Shown piece by piece: positions 18,829-28,584 of a DNA stretch of 64,000 nucleotides. This stretch comes from Truepera sp. (GTDB lineage: Bacteria > Deinococcota > Deinococci > Deinococcales > Trueperaceae): contig CBDCKW010000009.1 in assembly GCA_965218435.1 (NCBI GenBank), positions 1,760,001-1,824,000 on the forward strand, written 5' to 3'. The notes beneath the pieces were generated by a model. It searched no databases. It was not told the DNA's origin and worked only from the letters and a program-made list of their open reading frames with translations. How positions within the stretch are numbered: the stretch's first letter is position 1; every line of letters begins with the position of its first letter. A program made the position numbers and the translations under genes.

Positions 18829-19263
18829 TTGAAAGAGCTTCGAGGGTGGCCGTGGGACATGGTGCGGGCGCTCGAGCTACCCCAAAACGAGTACGTCGTC
18901 TTCGGCAGTGCGCCGCTGCTGGCCCACGGTCTTGTGACAGACATTGGCGATATTGACCTTTTGGCGACCGGGGCGGCGTGGCAAAAAGCGCAGACACTGG
19001 CCTTGCCAAAAACTGCGCCCGGTGGTGACCTTATCGTTCAGCTAACACCTGAACTTGCCATTTTTGACGGCTGGTTGGGGCTGGACACAGACGCGGTTAT
19101 TCGCCGCGCTGAGATGTGGAACGGGTTGCCGCTCGCGCAGTTGGCTGACGTAGCTGCGTACAAGCGTCTTTTAGACCGACCCAAAGACGACCGACCCAAA
19201 GACAGAATGCATTTGGAACTGCTCGAGCCCTACTTACCTAAACCATCAGCTAAGCCGGGTTGA
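18829..19263 (+). CDS. Nucleotidyltransferase-fold hypothetical protein
   Basis: FGS..L..HG...DIDL and K..LDRPKD motifs. Confidence 0.65.
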   Translation: MKELRGWPWDMVRALELPQNEYVVFGSAPLLAHGLVTDIGDIDLLATGAAWQKAQTLALPKTAPGGDLIVQLTPELAIFDGWLGLDTDAVIRRAEMWNGLPLAQLADVAAYKRLLDRPKDDRPKDRMHLELLEPYLPKPSAKPG

Positions 19264-19430
19264 CCTTTTCTTTTGTCATGCTTTGGCGTTATGTCCTGAA
19301 CATTATGTTGTGGGTAGGCGAAAAACGCTGTTCTCACCTGTAAAACAGCAACTTCTAAATTCTGTCTTGATTCTGTCTTTTTCTCTAGGGCCTACCATAA
19401 ACGCCCCCAGCTGATCAAGGTCAACGAAAC

Positions 19431-20480
19431 TCAGTACGACCGCGCCTCAACCTTTATATTGGCAGGCAGCGTCAACAACCACTCGGTTACCGCGTGAACT
19501 GCGCCCCGCGTCACGGGTGTGACAACCGGATCACCGAAGGGCTCGAGCCCCACAATCAGCCCCCCGGCACCTCGAGCACGCACACTGACCAGAACCTGTT
19601 GGCGCAACTCGGCCTCTTCAACCGTTGCCCTGACGAGCCATTTCTCGCCGCTACCTTCCGTGCTGCTGTCCGGGTCGTCCGACCCCAAGCTCCACAACAC
19701 CTCGTGCAAGATGACGTGGCCCCCGGCGTAGGGCGTGACTTGTTTACTAAAACTCAGCGGCGGCGGCAGCTGACCGGTTAGAAGCGCGTGGGGCATCGTC
19801 GAATCTCTTTCTAGTATCGGGTAGTCAGGGGCGGGTGCGCCGCTGTAGCGAAACACCTGATAAAACAGCGGTTTGCCCTGTGTCTTCCATTTGAGGGCGT
19901 ATTTGGTCTCAAAGACGGCGGCGGGTGGGTCGGTGGTCTCGAGTCTAAACAGCCCCGTACGCTCGGCTTCGGCGCGGGCAAAGGCCAGATACTCCGGGTG
20001 GTCGGTGGCTAAGAGCACCGCGCCCCCCAAGATGAGCCGACTTGCGGCCAGTTTGAAAAAGTCAGCTTGGAGCAGACGATTTTTCTCGTGCCGCTCTTTG
20101 GGCCAGGGGTCGGGAAAGTTGACGGTGATACTCGCCAGGGTGTGCGGCGCGAACAGCTGCTGCACAGCGAAGCCCGCACCCACTTTAAGCAGTTTGACGT
20201 TGTGCAGGTCATGTTTGCGGACGTTGCCGAGACCACGTTGCAGACTCGCCGAGGAGATTTCCAGGCCGACAAAACGCTCAGCCGGGTTTTCTCGAGCACG
20301 CCGGACGGTGTAGCGGCCGTCACCGAAACCGACCTCGAGATGTAACGGTAGGTGGAGCGGCCCGGTCACATTATGGGCAAATTGTGCGTCCCACGAGATG
20401 GGAAACCGAAACCGCCGCCACGGGACGAGCGGCCCGTTAGACATTTCTAAAAAGGTAGTGGTGGGTGGTGCAGACAACAC
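19431..20480 (-). CDS. trmB: tRNA (guanine-N7)-methyltransferase with C-terminal extension
   Basis: LEVGFGDG, GLE, NFPDPWPKERH, ATD, TKY motifs. Confidence 0.92.
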   Translation of the reverse strand: MLSAPPTTTFLEMSNGPLVPWRRFRFPISWDAQFAHNVTGPLHLPLHLEVGFGDGRYTVRRARENPAERFVGLEISSASLQRGLGNVRKHDLHNVKLLKVGAGFAVQQLFAPHTLASITVNFPDPWPKERHEKNRLLQADFFKLAASRLILGGAVLLATDHPEYLAFARAEAERTGLFRLETTDPPAAVFETKYALKWKTQGKPLFYQVFRYSGAPAPDYPILERDSTMPHALLTGQLPPPLSFSKQVTPYAGGHVILHEVLWSLGSDDPDSSTEGSGEKWLVRATVEEAELRQQVLVSVRARGAGGLIVGLEPFGDPVVTPVTRGAVHAVTEWLLTLPANIKVEARSY

Positions 20481-20501
20481 AGCTCAGCGTACCGCACACA
20501 C

Positions 20502-21503
20502 TTAACGCCTATCGTTCGGAAGTTCGACCTTGGCCCGCACGACCTCCTCTTGGGTGTGCGTGTGGGCCAGAGCCAGCACGCCGCCGTAGCCGCCCTTTTC
20601 GGCCGCTAAAAAACGCGGGTTGGCGACGATGCTCGAGCGCCCCTCAGCCTGCAACTCAAACATCCCGCCCACCAGCATCGGGTTGACGCCGTAACGGATG
20701 TGTTGCCGATTCCGCACGCCCTCGCGCAGACCCAGACCGAGCCACGCCTCACCTTCCGAATACGTCTCGTCGGGGGGCCAGCGGCGCGTCCAGGGGGCGT
20801 AGTTTGCGCTCGGCTGCACCACAATATCTGCACCCGCGCCGTCGAGCTGTTCTAATACCGAGCTGTAAAAGCCGTCCAAACAGAGCGCCACCCCGATGCG
20901 GCCCGCCGGGGTGTGCAGCACCCGCGTGTTGGACGCAGGCGCACGCGAAAGGCCGAGACGCGACTCGAGCCCCTTGGTCAGGTAACGTTTCCCGCTCCGC
21001 CCCAAGATGGTGCCGGTCGGCGCAAAGGTGTACGCCACATTTTGCACCCGCCCGTCCGCGATATGCAGCCCCCGCGACGCTTCGTTTTCGATGTGCGGGA
21101 GAAAGCTCGAGCCTGCCACAATCGTTGCGCCGGTCCGCTGCGCCGCTTCGGAAAACGCCCGGACATAGGCGCGGTACGCGGGCAGCGCCCGTGCTACAAA
21201 GAGCGCCTGCGGCCCCAACGCACGGTGACGCACCGCGGCGTGTAGCACGCTCCGCCACTGCCGCCGTAAAACCGTCAGCGCCGCGCCCGCTAAACGCGTC
21301 CGCCGCGACACGTCGGCGTAATTCTCCAAGGTCAAGAGCAGCGGCAAGCCGATGGTTTCAGGAAACGCCAGCAGTTTCGGCGCGTCGTCCAGCCCCGCCA
21401 CCGCGTGCTGCGACAGTTCCGCAATCCACACTGCAAACGCCTCCGGGCTGCGGTAATTCGATAACCGCAACTGCGCCTGCACCGCAATGAGGTGAACTTC
21501 CAC
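20502..21503 (-). CDS. Carbon-nitrogen hydrolase (nitrilase superfamily)
   Basis: E-K-C triad: FPE, GKRYL, LCLDGF. Confidence 0.85.
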   Translation of the reverse strand: MEVHLIAVQAQLRLSNYRSPEAFAVWIAELSQHAVAGLDDAPKLLAFPETIGLPLLLTLENYADVSRRTRLAGAALTVLRRQWRSVLHAAVRHRALGPQALFVARALPAYRAYVRAFSEAAQRTGATIVAGSSFLPHIENEASRGLHIADGRVQNVAYTFAPTGTILGRSGKRYLTKGLESRLGLSRAPASNTRVLHTPAGRIGVALCLDGFYSSVLEQLDGAGADIVVQPSANYAPWTRRWPPDETYSEGEAWLGLGLREGVRNRQHIRYGVNPMLVGGMFELQAEGRSSIVANPRFLAAEKGGYGGVLALAHTHTQEEVVRAKVELPNDRR

Positions 21504-21583
21504 CCATTGAGTTTAGCTGGTTTTTCGACCTACGACTTTAGAGCGGTGCCTTGGGAGATGGCGTTATTACTGACAGCTACCGG

Positions 21584-21979
21584 TCATAACGCAGCTTCAA
21601 ATTCTGGAGTCGTCACCATATATCCGGCCCACTCGAGCCACAGCACGTGTAGACATTCCAGCGCAGCACTTTGCGCCGTTCGCGTTTCCTCAGCGTCCGC
21701 TCCGGCGACAGCCCACGTTGCGCTCAGCTCGAGCTTGGCGAGCATGAACGCGCTCGCTCGGCCCCCCGTACCGCCGGGATTGGGCACGACTTCGGTCCAG
21801 TTAAAGGCAAACGCCCGCCATAAAGCTTGGCTTATGGGCTCGTGCAACGTTTGACAACGCTCGGCGGCGTCGAGAAGACCTTCTGTTTGCAAATGTTCGG
21901 TAGCCAGTTTGCTCACATCGTAGGTGAAGGTGCTTTGAAACCGGGTCTCGAGGGTTCGCCGCGCCGCGTCTTGAGCCAC
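21584..21979 (-). CDS. Hypothetical protein
   Basis: 131-aa ORF preceded by GAGG. Confidence 0.6.
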   Translation of the reverse strand: MAQDAARRTLETRFQSTFTYDVSKLATEHLQTEGLLDAAERCQTLHEPISQALWRAFAFNWTEVVPNPGGTGGRASAFMLAKLELSATWAVAGADAEETRTAQSAALECLHVLWLEWAGYMVTTPEFEAAL

Positions 21980-22065
21980 ATCCTCAAATATAAACGTTTT
22001 TACATGAGCCGCCCCTCAGCGCAACCGCACCCTGATTCTCACCCTTCCTTTGGTAGACTCGGGCC

Positions 22066-23136
22066 GTGCTGAAACGCTTTTCAACCTACCTCTTGCGCGA
22101 AACGAGTGGGCTTTACCTGCTCGGTGTCGCAGCTTTTTGTCTGCTCTTGTCGGTAGATACGCTGACCACCTGGGCGAGTTTTTTAATCGAACAAAACGCG
22201 TCGGTGTTTACGGTGCTTAAACTCATGCTCTACCAAACCCCGTTTTTTTTGCACTTGTCGTTGCCGATTGCCGCTGTGTTCGCGGTGCTTTTAGCGACCG
22301 GCAGGTTAGCCAAAGATTCTGAACTCAAAGCGGCTTACGCGTCGGGTGTCTCACCGCTTGCGCTCTTACGGCCTCTCTTGCTGTTCGGGGTGCTGGTCAC
22401 CGTCATTGCCGTCCTAAATAACGGGTACCTCGAGCCTCGGGGTGAAATCGCCCAGGACGTGCTCGAGGCGTCGTTTTATAACGCGCGGCCCTCGTCCGAA
22501 ACGCAGCGCGACGTGTCGTTTCATCAACCGGAAGGCATCTTTCACGCGGCCCGGATTCGCGTCGACCCCGACGACCGCGACCGCGCCGAGCTGACCGGGG
22601 CGCTCGTTTACGGGGACGACGGCACCGTCTGGAGTGCGCGTTACGGCACCTGGGACAGCGTAGCGAAGACCTGGACGTTGGAAGAAGTCGAGGTTTTGCC
22701 GCCACAAGGGAAACGAACTATCCTGCCGCAACAGCGGGCGCGGGTCACGCTGCCCTTTGACCTCGAGGCCGACGCGGGCGCGTCGCTCCGGGCCGCGGAC
22801 AACCTCACCTTGAGCGAGCTTTACGCCCGGATTGGGCGGGCACGACAAGCTGGGCAAAATATCGCGGGTGACCTGTTTGACTTTCACCGCCGTTTAGCGG
22901 ACGCCTCGAGCGCCCTGATCTTTGTGCTGATCGCCGGAGCCCTCGGCTTGACCCTGCGTGGACGCGCTGCCGGATTCGGTTGGACGATTGTGCTGCTGGT
23001 GTGCTTTTTTGCGCTCTGGACACTTTCAGAAAGCTTTTTTGAGCAAGAGGTGTTATCTCCAGTCGTTGCCGCGTGGTTTACCACGCTCGTCGTCGGGGCG
23101 GTCGGCGCACTTTTGGCGCTGAGGTTGCGGCGGTGA
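22066..23136 (+). CDS. LptF/LptG-family permease
   Basis: YLLRE, LPIA, GRLAKDSELKAAYASGVSP; 3+3 TM with periplasmic domain. Confidence 0.9.
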   Translation: MLKRFSTYLLRETSGLYLLGVAAFCLLLSVDTLTTWASFLIEQNASVFTVLKLMLYQTPFFLHLSLPIAAVFAVLLATGRLAKDSELKAAYASGVSPLALLRPLLLFGVLVTVIAVLNNGYLEPRGEIAQDVLEASFYNARPSSETQRDVSFHQPEGIFHAARIRVDPDDRDRAELTGALVYGDDGTVWSARYGTWDSVAKTWTLEEVEVLPPQGKRTILPQQRARVTLPFDLEADAGASLRAADNLTLSELYARIGRARQAGQNIAGDLFDFHRRLADASSALIFVLIAGALGLTLRGRAAGFGWTIVLLVCFFALWTLSESFFEQEVLSPVVAAWFTTLVVGAVGALLALRLRR

Positions 23137-24209
23137 ACCGGCGCTTTTCACGCTATCTCATCAGTGAGATTTTGCCGCTCTACGCCGCCGGTCTCACCGC
23201 GCTCTTGATCTTGCTCCTCGGTAGCTTTCTGATTTTGGGCGTGTTGGCGCAGGCGATCTCTCGAGGTGTCGGGCCGGGGCTCGTCGCCGAGTTCTTGCTC
23301 TACAGCATCCCTACAGCCGCGGCGATGGGTCTGCCGTTGGCGCTCCTGTTTGCGGCGCTCTTAGGGATTACCCGGCTCAGTCAGGACAGCGAGATCAAAG
23401 CGGCGCTCCTGTTAGGCGTCTCACCACGGCAATTTTTAGGGCCGATGCTCGTCTTAGGATTGGCCGTCGCCGCGCTCAGTTTTATCAACAACGAGCTCAT
23501 CGCCCCCTGGAGTTACGACCGGGCGCAGGAGGCGTTATCGGACATCTTGGTGCAGAGCCCCGAAGTCATCGTCGAAGAAGGCAACTTTTTTACCGACGCG
23601 CTCGGGCGCAGCGTCTACGTCGGCGGTCTTGGGAAGGGCGGCGTCGTCCGTGACGTGACGGTGATTCAACCGGGCGGCTCGCAGGGGGTGAGCGAAGTCA
23701 TCCGCGCCGAGCGCGGCGTCCTCGACCAAGAGGCGGGCGTGTGGCGTCTACAAAATATCCGACTTTTACGCTACCGCGACGGTCAGGTTGTGCTGGACGC
23801 ACCCGCCAAAAGCGCCGAGGTGCCGTTTCGGGGACTGTCGGCGAGTTCCGGTGCGCCTCCCGAACTCGTCCGGCTCCGCCTCGGTGACCTGCTCAGTCGG
23901 CTGCGCGGCACCACCCCGCAAGATGCGCCCGCCGAATGGACGGCGCTGCAGCGCAAATTCGCTGAACCCGCCGCGGCAGTGGCGTTTGCCATGTTCGCGC
24001 TCGCCATTGGGCTCTACAGTTTCCGGCGCAACTTCGGGCTCGGGCTCGTCTCAGTGCTGTTTTTGACCTTCATCTACTACGCGACCTGGAGCGTGTCGAA
24101 CCTGTTGGGTGCGCAAGGGGCAATTCCGGCAGTCGTCGCGGGGTGGGCGCCGGTCGCGCTCTATCTGGTGGCGGGCCTCGTCTTGTTCGGATTGTCGTGG
24201 CGGCGCTGA
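23133..24209 (+). CDS. LptF/LptG-family permease
   Basis: RLSQDSEIKA..LGVSP; GTGA overlap. Confidence 0.9.
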   Translation: MNRRFSRYLISEILPLYAAGLTALLILLLGSFLILGVLAQAISRGVGPGLVAEFLLYSIPTAAAMGLPLALLFAALLGITRLSQDSEIKAALLLGVSPRQFLGPMLVLGLAVAALSFINNELIAPWSYDRAQEALSDILVQSPEVIVEEGNFFTDALGRSVYVGGLGKGGVVRDVTVIQPGGSQGVSEVIRAERGVLDQEAGVWRLQNIRLLRYRDGQVVLDAPAKSAEVPFRGLSASSGAPPELVRLRLGDLLSRLRGTTPQDAPAEWTALQRKFAEPAAAVAFAMFALAIGLYSFRRNFGLGLVSVLFLTFIYYATWSVSNLLGAQGAIPAVVAGWAPVALYLVAGLVLFGLSWRR

Positions 24210-27200
24210 TGAGACGCACCACGCTCCTCACCCTCTTGCTGCTCTGTTTGGGTGTCTCGCACGCCGTTGAGGTTGAAATTTTAGACGCCGATAAGCTCGA
24301 GGTTCGCCCCATCACCCTGCCGGGGGGCACACAAACTGAACTGACGATTATCACTGGGTCTCCGGTCAGGCTCAAAGTAGACGGCGACACCATCGTGGCT
24401 GAATACGTCGAATTTGATAAGTCGAGCCGCATCATGCGGATCGTCGGACCCGGCAACGTCGCCTACGACAACATCACCACCAAAGGCAAAGATTATATCC
24501 TCGACTTAAGTAACGGCGACCTCAACTTCCGTGACGTTTTTATCTTTACCGAACCCATCGACATCGAGGGCGTCGCGGCGACCCGGCAACCCGGCCAGAT
24601 TGACATCAGCGCCGCGCAGTTCAGCCCCTGTAGCCGCTGCCAGAGCGAGGTGCAAGACTACCGTTTTAGCGCCGAGCGGATGAATTTTTATCCCGGCGAC
24701 CGGCTGGTGGCCTTTAATGTGACGGTGTATCTGCGCGACCTGCCGAGCTTTTTTCTGCCGCTGATGGTCGTCCCGCTCGGCCCGCAAGACCGCCGCCCCC
24801 GCTTTAACCTGACGCGCGGCAGCGCAGACGAACGCGCTGAGGTGGCGCTCGACTGGCCGTATGTCTTTGGCGCGAACGCCTTCGGCACCACCTCGCTGCG
24901 TTACTACGCCGACGTGACGCCGAACTCAAGTACCAGCCCGACCGAAACCATCTTGGGGGGCACCGTCACGCAAAACTATTTCGGCGGCGGCTTCGACCAC
25001 CGCTTTTATACCGAGCGGGGGCGCGGTAGGGCACGGTTTTTTTATACGCCGTCGTTTTTGCCCCGAACCGACTATGACGTCAAGACGCCCGAAGCCTTCG
25101 AGTACACACTAGGTTACAAAACCGAGGCGGCGCTCTCAGGGCTGCAAACCGACCTCTTGTTAGAACGAGACGACCTGACCAACCCGCAGATCATCAACCT
25201 GACGGCGCGGCTCGGCAATACCTACGAAGGCTTTAATTTCGGTTACGTGACGCAGACGTACTTCGACCTAAACCTGGACCCGAACGACACCTCGTATTCA
25301 CCAAGTTACGACGACGCGGAGGGGGCGCTCCGCACCTACGCGCAAGTGCAGGTCAGCCCGGAAGAAGATCTGAGTTTTAGCGTCGGGCCGTTGACGCTGA
25401 CCAACTTGCTGGTCACGGCGGGCGTGTACGAAGACTACGCCAACCCCAGCAACAACAGCGCGACGCAGGCGTCCGGTTTAACGATTGGGGGCCGGTCAAT
25501 CATCCGGGGCGGGCGGCTGTTAGAGCGGCACACGGTCACCTTAGCGCCCCTCACCCCGTTTCCCGGCTCGAGCGTTTCAGGCAGCACGAACTATACCGGG
25601 CAGTTTTACACCACCACCAACCCCGGCGGCGAAAACGAACGCCTGGTAGACTGGACTACGACGCTGAGCGCCGAACAAACCTTCGACGGGGGCTCCTTCG
25701 GCCTTAACTTCAGCCGCGTCATTTTAGAGGGCGAATCGCCCTTTGCCTTTGACGCCCGTACCACGCCCAACAACCGCACCGAACTGACCTCCACGTTCTC
25801 CCTGACGCCTTTGCCGTGGGTTGACCTGAGCGCCAGCGAGACCTACGTGTTTCGAGACGACCGCAGTTACGGCGGCTTCGGGACGGTGGGCGCAAGTGAA
25901 CTCGGCGCAGGCCCGCTCGAGACCCGCGCCGAACTGTTTAACAATCTGGACTGGCTGAACGTAACGCTCGAGCAAGCCTACGACCTGCAAAACAACGATC
26001 CCGGACTGCTCGGGGCGACGATTGAACTCGTCTCACCCAATCCGGTGCTGACGAGCCGCGTCCAGCTCAGCGGCGTCTACGACCTCGAGCAGAGGACCAG
26101 GCTGACCGGCGCGAAGGTCAACGAGTCCGAAGTGAACCTCGAGACGCAGGTCGGTTACACCCCCTACGCGGCGCTCACGGTTGACCTCGGTTACGACTTT
26201 AACGGCGTCAGCTTTGACAACTTCGGCGGGGACTACGGCAATTTTGACAACGGCTCGACTTATAGCGGCAGCTATTCAGACGGCTATACCGGCAATGGGT
26301 CGCTCGAGCCGGGCAGTGAAGCCGTAGGTGTGCCGCTCTATAAACCGCTGGTTTTCAGCCTCACCGCCGGGACCGAAAGCCAAGAAGACACAGTGCCCAG
26401 CCTGACGCTGAGTTTTGACCGCGACTTAAACCGCGACCGGATGAACTCGGCGAGTTACTTGGCTACCGCGAAGCTGGGGCCGCTCGAGCTCACCGCCGAA
26501 CAAAACTTTGACTTTGACGCCTATGACGCCAGCGACACCACCTTTACCGTAACCTATCCGGGCGTCGCCCAGCTGAGCGCCTCGGGTTTTACCCCGCTGC
26601 CGCCCCAGCTGATCGGCCTCGACCTAAAACCTGAAGACTCGACCACGTACGAGGTCAGCTTGCTCGACCAGACGCAAGAGGACGATACTAAACTCTATAA
26701 GGTGACCTACACGACGACCTACGGGCCGCTTTACGACGTCGGCGACAAGCAGTATCAGGGCTTTAGCGACACCAGCGTCACCGCGCAAACGAACCTCGAG
26801 ACGACCTTTTTTGAAACGCCTTTGGGGGCGCTGGGCTTCGGGATTGACGCCAACGCCATCTTAGAACTGAGCAGCGACGACCAGCCTCTCACCTACCTGA
26901 GCAGCGCCGCCGCAAAGTTTACGGTTGACTTTTTTTCCAGAGTCGGCCTGCAGGGGACGCTCAGCTACGCAGCCTTGGCTAGCGGCCTCGATATCACCAG
27001 TCAGACCCTGAGCTTTAACGAATTCGGTCCGACGGTGCGCATCTTAGACGACCTCTATCTGTCGGTCATTTTTGACGACCAAAACGGGGATGTTTGGAAT
27101 TTTACCAACCCCGGTCAGCAGCGCTACGACACGCCTTACAACTTTCAGCCGCTCATCTACCTGACCTTAGACCGCTGCTGCTGGGCCTTTTACGGCGCGA

Positions 27201-27316
27201 TCAATACCAAAAACGGAGCCATCAGCTTGACGCTCGGTTATCCCGGCAGCAGTCAGGGACTGACCGGAGGCTTTAGAATCCCTACCCTCGCCTTACCCGA
27301 ACGGAGATACAGATGA
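24209..27316 (+). CDS. LptD-like outer-membrane beta-barrel protein
   Basis: Signal peptide, OstA-like N-terminus with FSPCSRC, aromatic beta-strand-rich body, C-terminal DRCCW; follows lptFG. Confidence 0.75.
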   Translation: MRRTTLLTLLLLCLGVSHAVEVEILDADKLEVRPITLPGGTQTELTIITGSPVRLKVDGDTIVAEYVEFDKSSRIMRIVGPGNVAYDNITTKGKDYILDLSNGDLNFRDVFIFTEPIDIEGVAATRQPGQIDISAAQFSPCSRCQSEVQDYRFSAERMNFYPGDRLVAFNVTVYLRDLPSFFLPLMVVPLGPQDRRPRFNLTRGSADERAEVALDWPYVFGANAFGTTSLRYYADVTPNSSTSPTETILGGTVTQNYFGGGFDHRFYTERGRGRARFFYTPSFLPRTDYDVKTPEAFEYTLGYKTEAALSGLQTDLLLERDDLTNPQIINLTARLGNTYEGFNFGYVTQTYFDLNLDPNDTSYSPSYDDAEGALRTYAQVQVSPEEDLSFSVGPLTLTNLLVTAGVYEDYANPSNNSATQASGLTIGGRSIIRGGRLLERHTVTLAPLTPFPGSSVSGSTNYTGQFYTTTNPGGENERLVDWTTTLSAEQTFDGGSFGLNFSRVILEGESPFAFDARTTPNNRTELTSTFSLTPLPWVDLSASETYVFRDDRSYGGFGTVGASELGAGPLETRAELFNNLDWLNVTLEQAYDLQNNDPGLLGATIELVSPNPVLTSRVQLSGVYDLEQRTRLTGAKVNESEVNLETQVGYTPYAALTVDLGYDFNGVSFDNFGGDYGNFDNGSTYSGSYSDGYTGNGSLEPGSEAVGVPLYKPLVFSLTAGTESQEDTVPSLTLSFDRDLNRDRMNSASYLATAKLGPLELTAEQNFDFDAYDASDTTFTVTYPGVAQLSASGFTPLPPQLIGLDLKPEDSTTYEVSLLDQTQEDDTKLYKVTYTTTYGPLYDVGDKQYQGFSDTSVTAQTNLETTFFETPLGALGFGIDANAILELSSDDQPLTYLSSAAAKFTVDFFSRVGLQGTLSYAALASGLDITSQTLSFNEFGPTVRILDDLYLSVIFDDQNGDVWNFTNPGQQRYDTPYNFQPLIYLTLDRCCWAFYGAINTKNGAISLTLGYPGSSQGLTGGFRIPTLALPERRYR

Positions 27317-28584
27317 AATTTGGTTCCACTGTGGCGCTGTTCGCCTTAGCCGCGCTTTTAGGTGCTTGTACCGGCAGTTTCGAGGCTCCCAACCCTGTTC
27401 TGCTCGTCACCGGTTACCGAGACGCGACCGGCGCAAAGGTCGCACTGATTCGGGACGATCCCAACCCCAGAGTGCGGAACAACCGGCTGACCTTTTTGCC
27501 GCAAAGTGTCCGGACGCTGCCCGCACCCGCAGTGTCTTACGACGTGGTTGACCGGGAACGGGCACGCAGCGCCCTCGTCGTGTTGTCGCGGAGACCAATA
27601 AACGGTCCCACCGGCTCAGACGGCTTTTTAACGACGTTTTCACTGACCGGGATTGACCCGAACAGTCCGGTAGCCTTCGCCAAACGGAGCGAGGTTAAGG
27701 TCAACGACTTTCAACCGGTGACGCGCCTCATCAACCCGATTTTTTGTGCCAGCCGCCTTCAAGTCTCCCAAGGTGGGGACTACGCGGCGGTGCTCAACAC
27801 GCCCAGCCTCTGCGGGTTACAAGCGCAGCCTTTTATAGACATTTTAGACCTGCGCAACTCACGGCTTTTAGAACGGCTTACAGACGTGAACGGGGTGTCC
27901 TCGAGCGGCTTTTACCTCAGTCAGAACGTCACGCAAGACCTGCTCTACTACGCGACGACACCTTCGGGTAGCCTCGAGCTGCAGCGGGCTGTGCTGCCCC
28001 GCCCCGGTCAGCAGTTCGGTGTCAATGACACGGTTGAACATACCCCTGTTATCTCGGTCCGGACGCCGCCGGGACAGAGCGACGCCCGCGAGCTGCAACG
28101 TGCCGGGAGCAGCACCGAAGAGCGGCTCGTATTTTTGTTTCGTAACAGCTTGGTGAACGTGACCAACTTCGGGATCGGCGGAACGGCCAGGGTCAGCCCC
28201 GTTACCGATACCCTGCGCGACAACGCCTTTGTCGTCCGCGACGACGCACGCCGCCTTGACGCCACCTTTATCTTAAGCACGCCGCAGACAGGAGTTTTTA
28301 CTTATCTACCGCCGCCGTCTGAAGGGAATACCGAACAGGCAAACGCCCGCGTCAGAGCCGTAGACGCCGTGGCCGAACCGACCCAGGACTTAATTTATTT
28401 TGTGATCGGTAGTGAGGCCGTACCAAAAAATGTCGCCCTTTTTAGCGTCGGCGCTTATAACCCCGGTGACCCGCTCCCTAATCCTGCCTCCGACGCGCTC
28501 GCCGTACCGCAGCTGAGTGCGCCGAGCTTTGTAACCTGGACTCGAGCCGCCATTCCCATCACGCCTCAACGTTTAACACCTTAA
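27313..28584 (+). CDS. Hypothetical lipoprotein
   Basis: Lipobox LLGAC; ATGA overlap with the lptD-like gene. Confidence 0.75.
   Translation: MKFGSTVALFALAALLGACTGSFEAPNPVLLVTGYRDATGAKVALIRDDPNPRVRNNRLTFLPQSVRTLPAPAVSYDVVDRERARSALVVLSRRPINGPTGSDGFLTTFSLTGIDPNSPVAFAKRSEVKVNDFQPVTRLINPIFCASRLQVSQGGDYAAVLNTPSLCGLQAQPFIDILDLRNSRLLERLTDVNGVSSSGFYLSQNVTQDLLYYATTPSGSLELQRAVLPRPGQQFGVNDTVEHTPVISVRTPPGQSDARELQRAGSSTEERLVFLFRNSLVNVTNFGIGGTARVSPVTDTLRDNAFVVRDDARRLDATFILSTPQTGVFTYLPPPSEGNTEQANARVRAVDAVAEPTQDLIYFVIGSEAVPKNVALFSVGAYNPGDPLPNPASDALAVPQLSAPSFVTWTRAAIPITPQRLTP

Noticed and set aside
20606..21490. Many antisense or alternate-frame ORFs (also 51505-52263, 36667-37284)
   Set aside because: Shadow ORFs of GC-rich real genes
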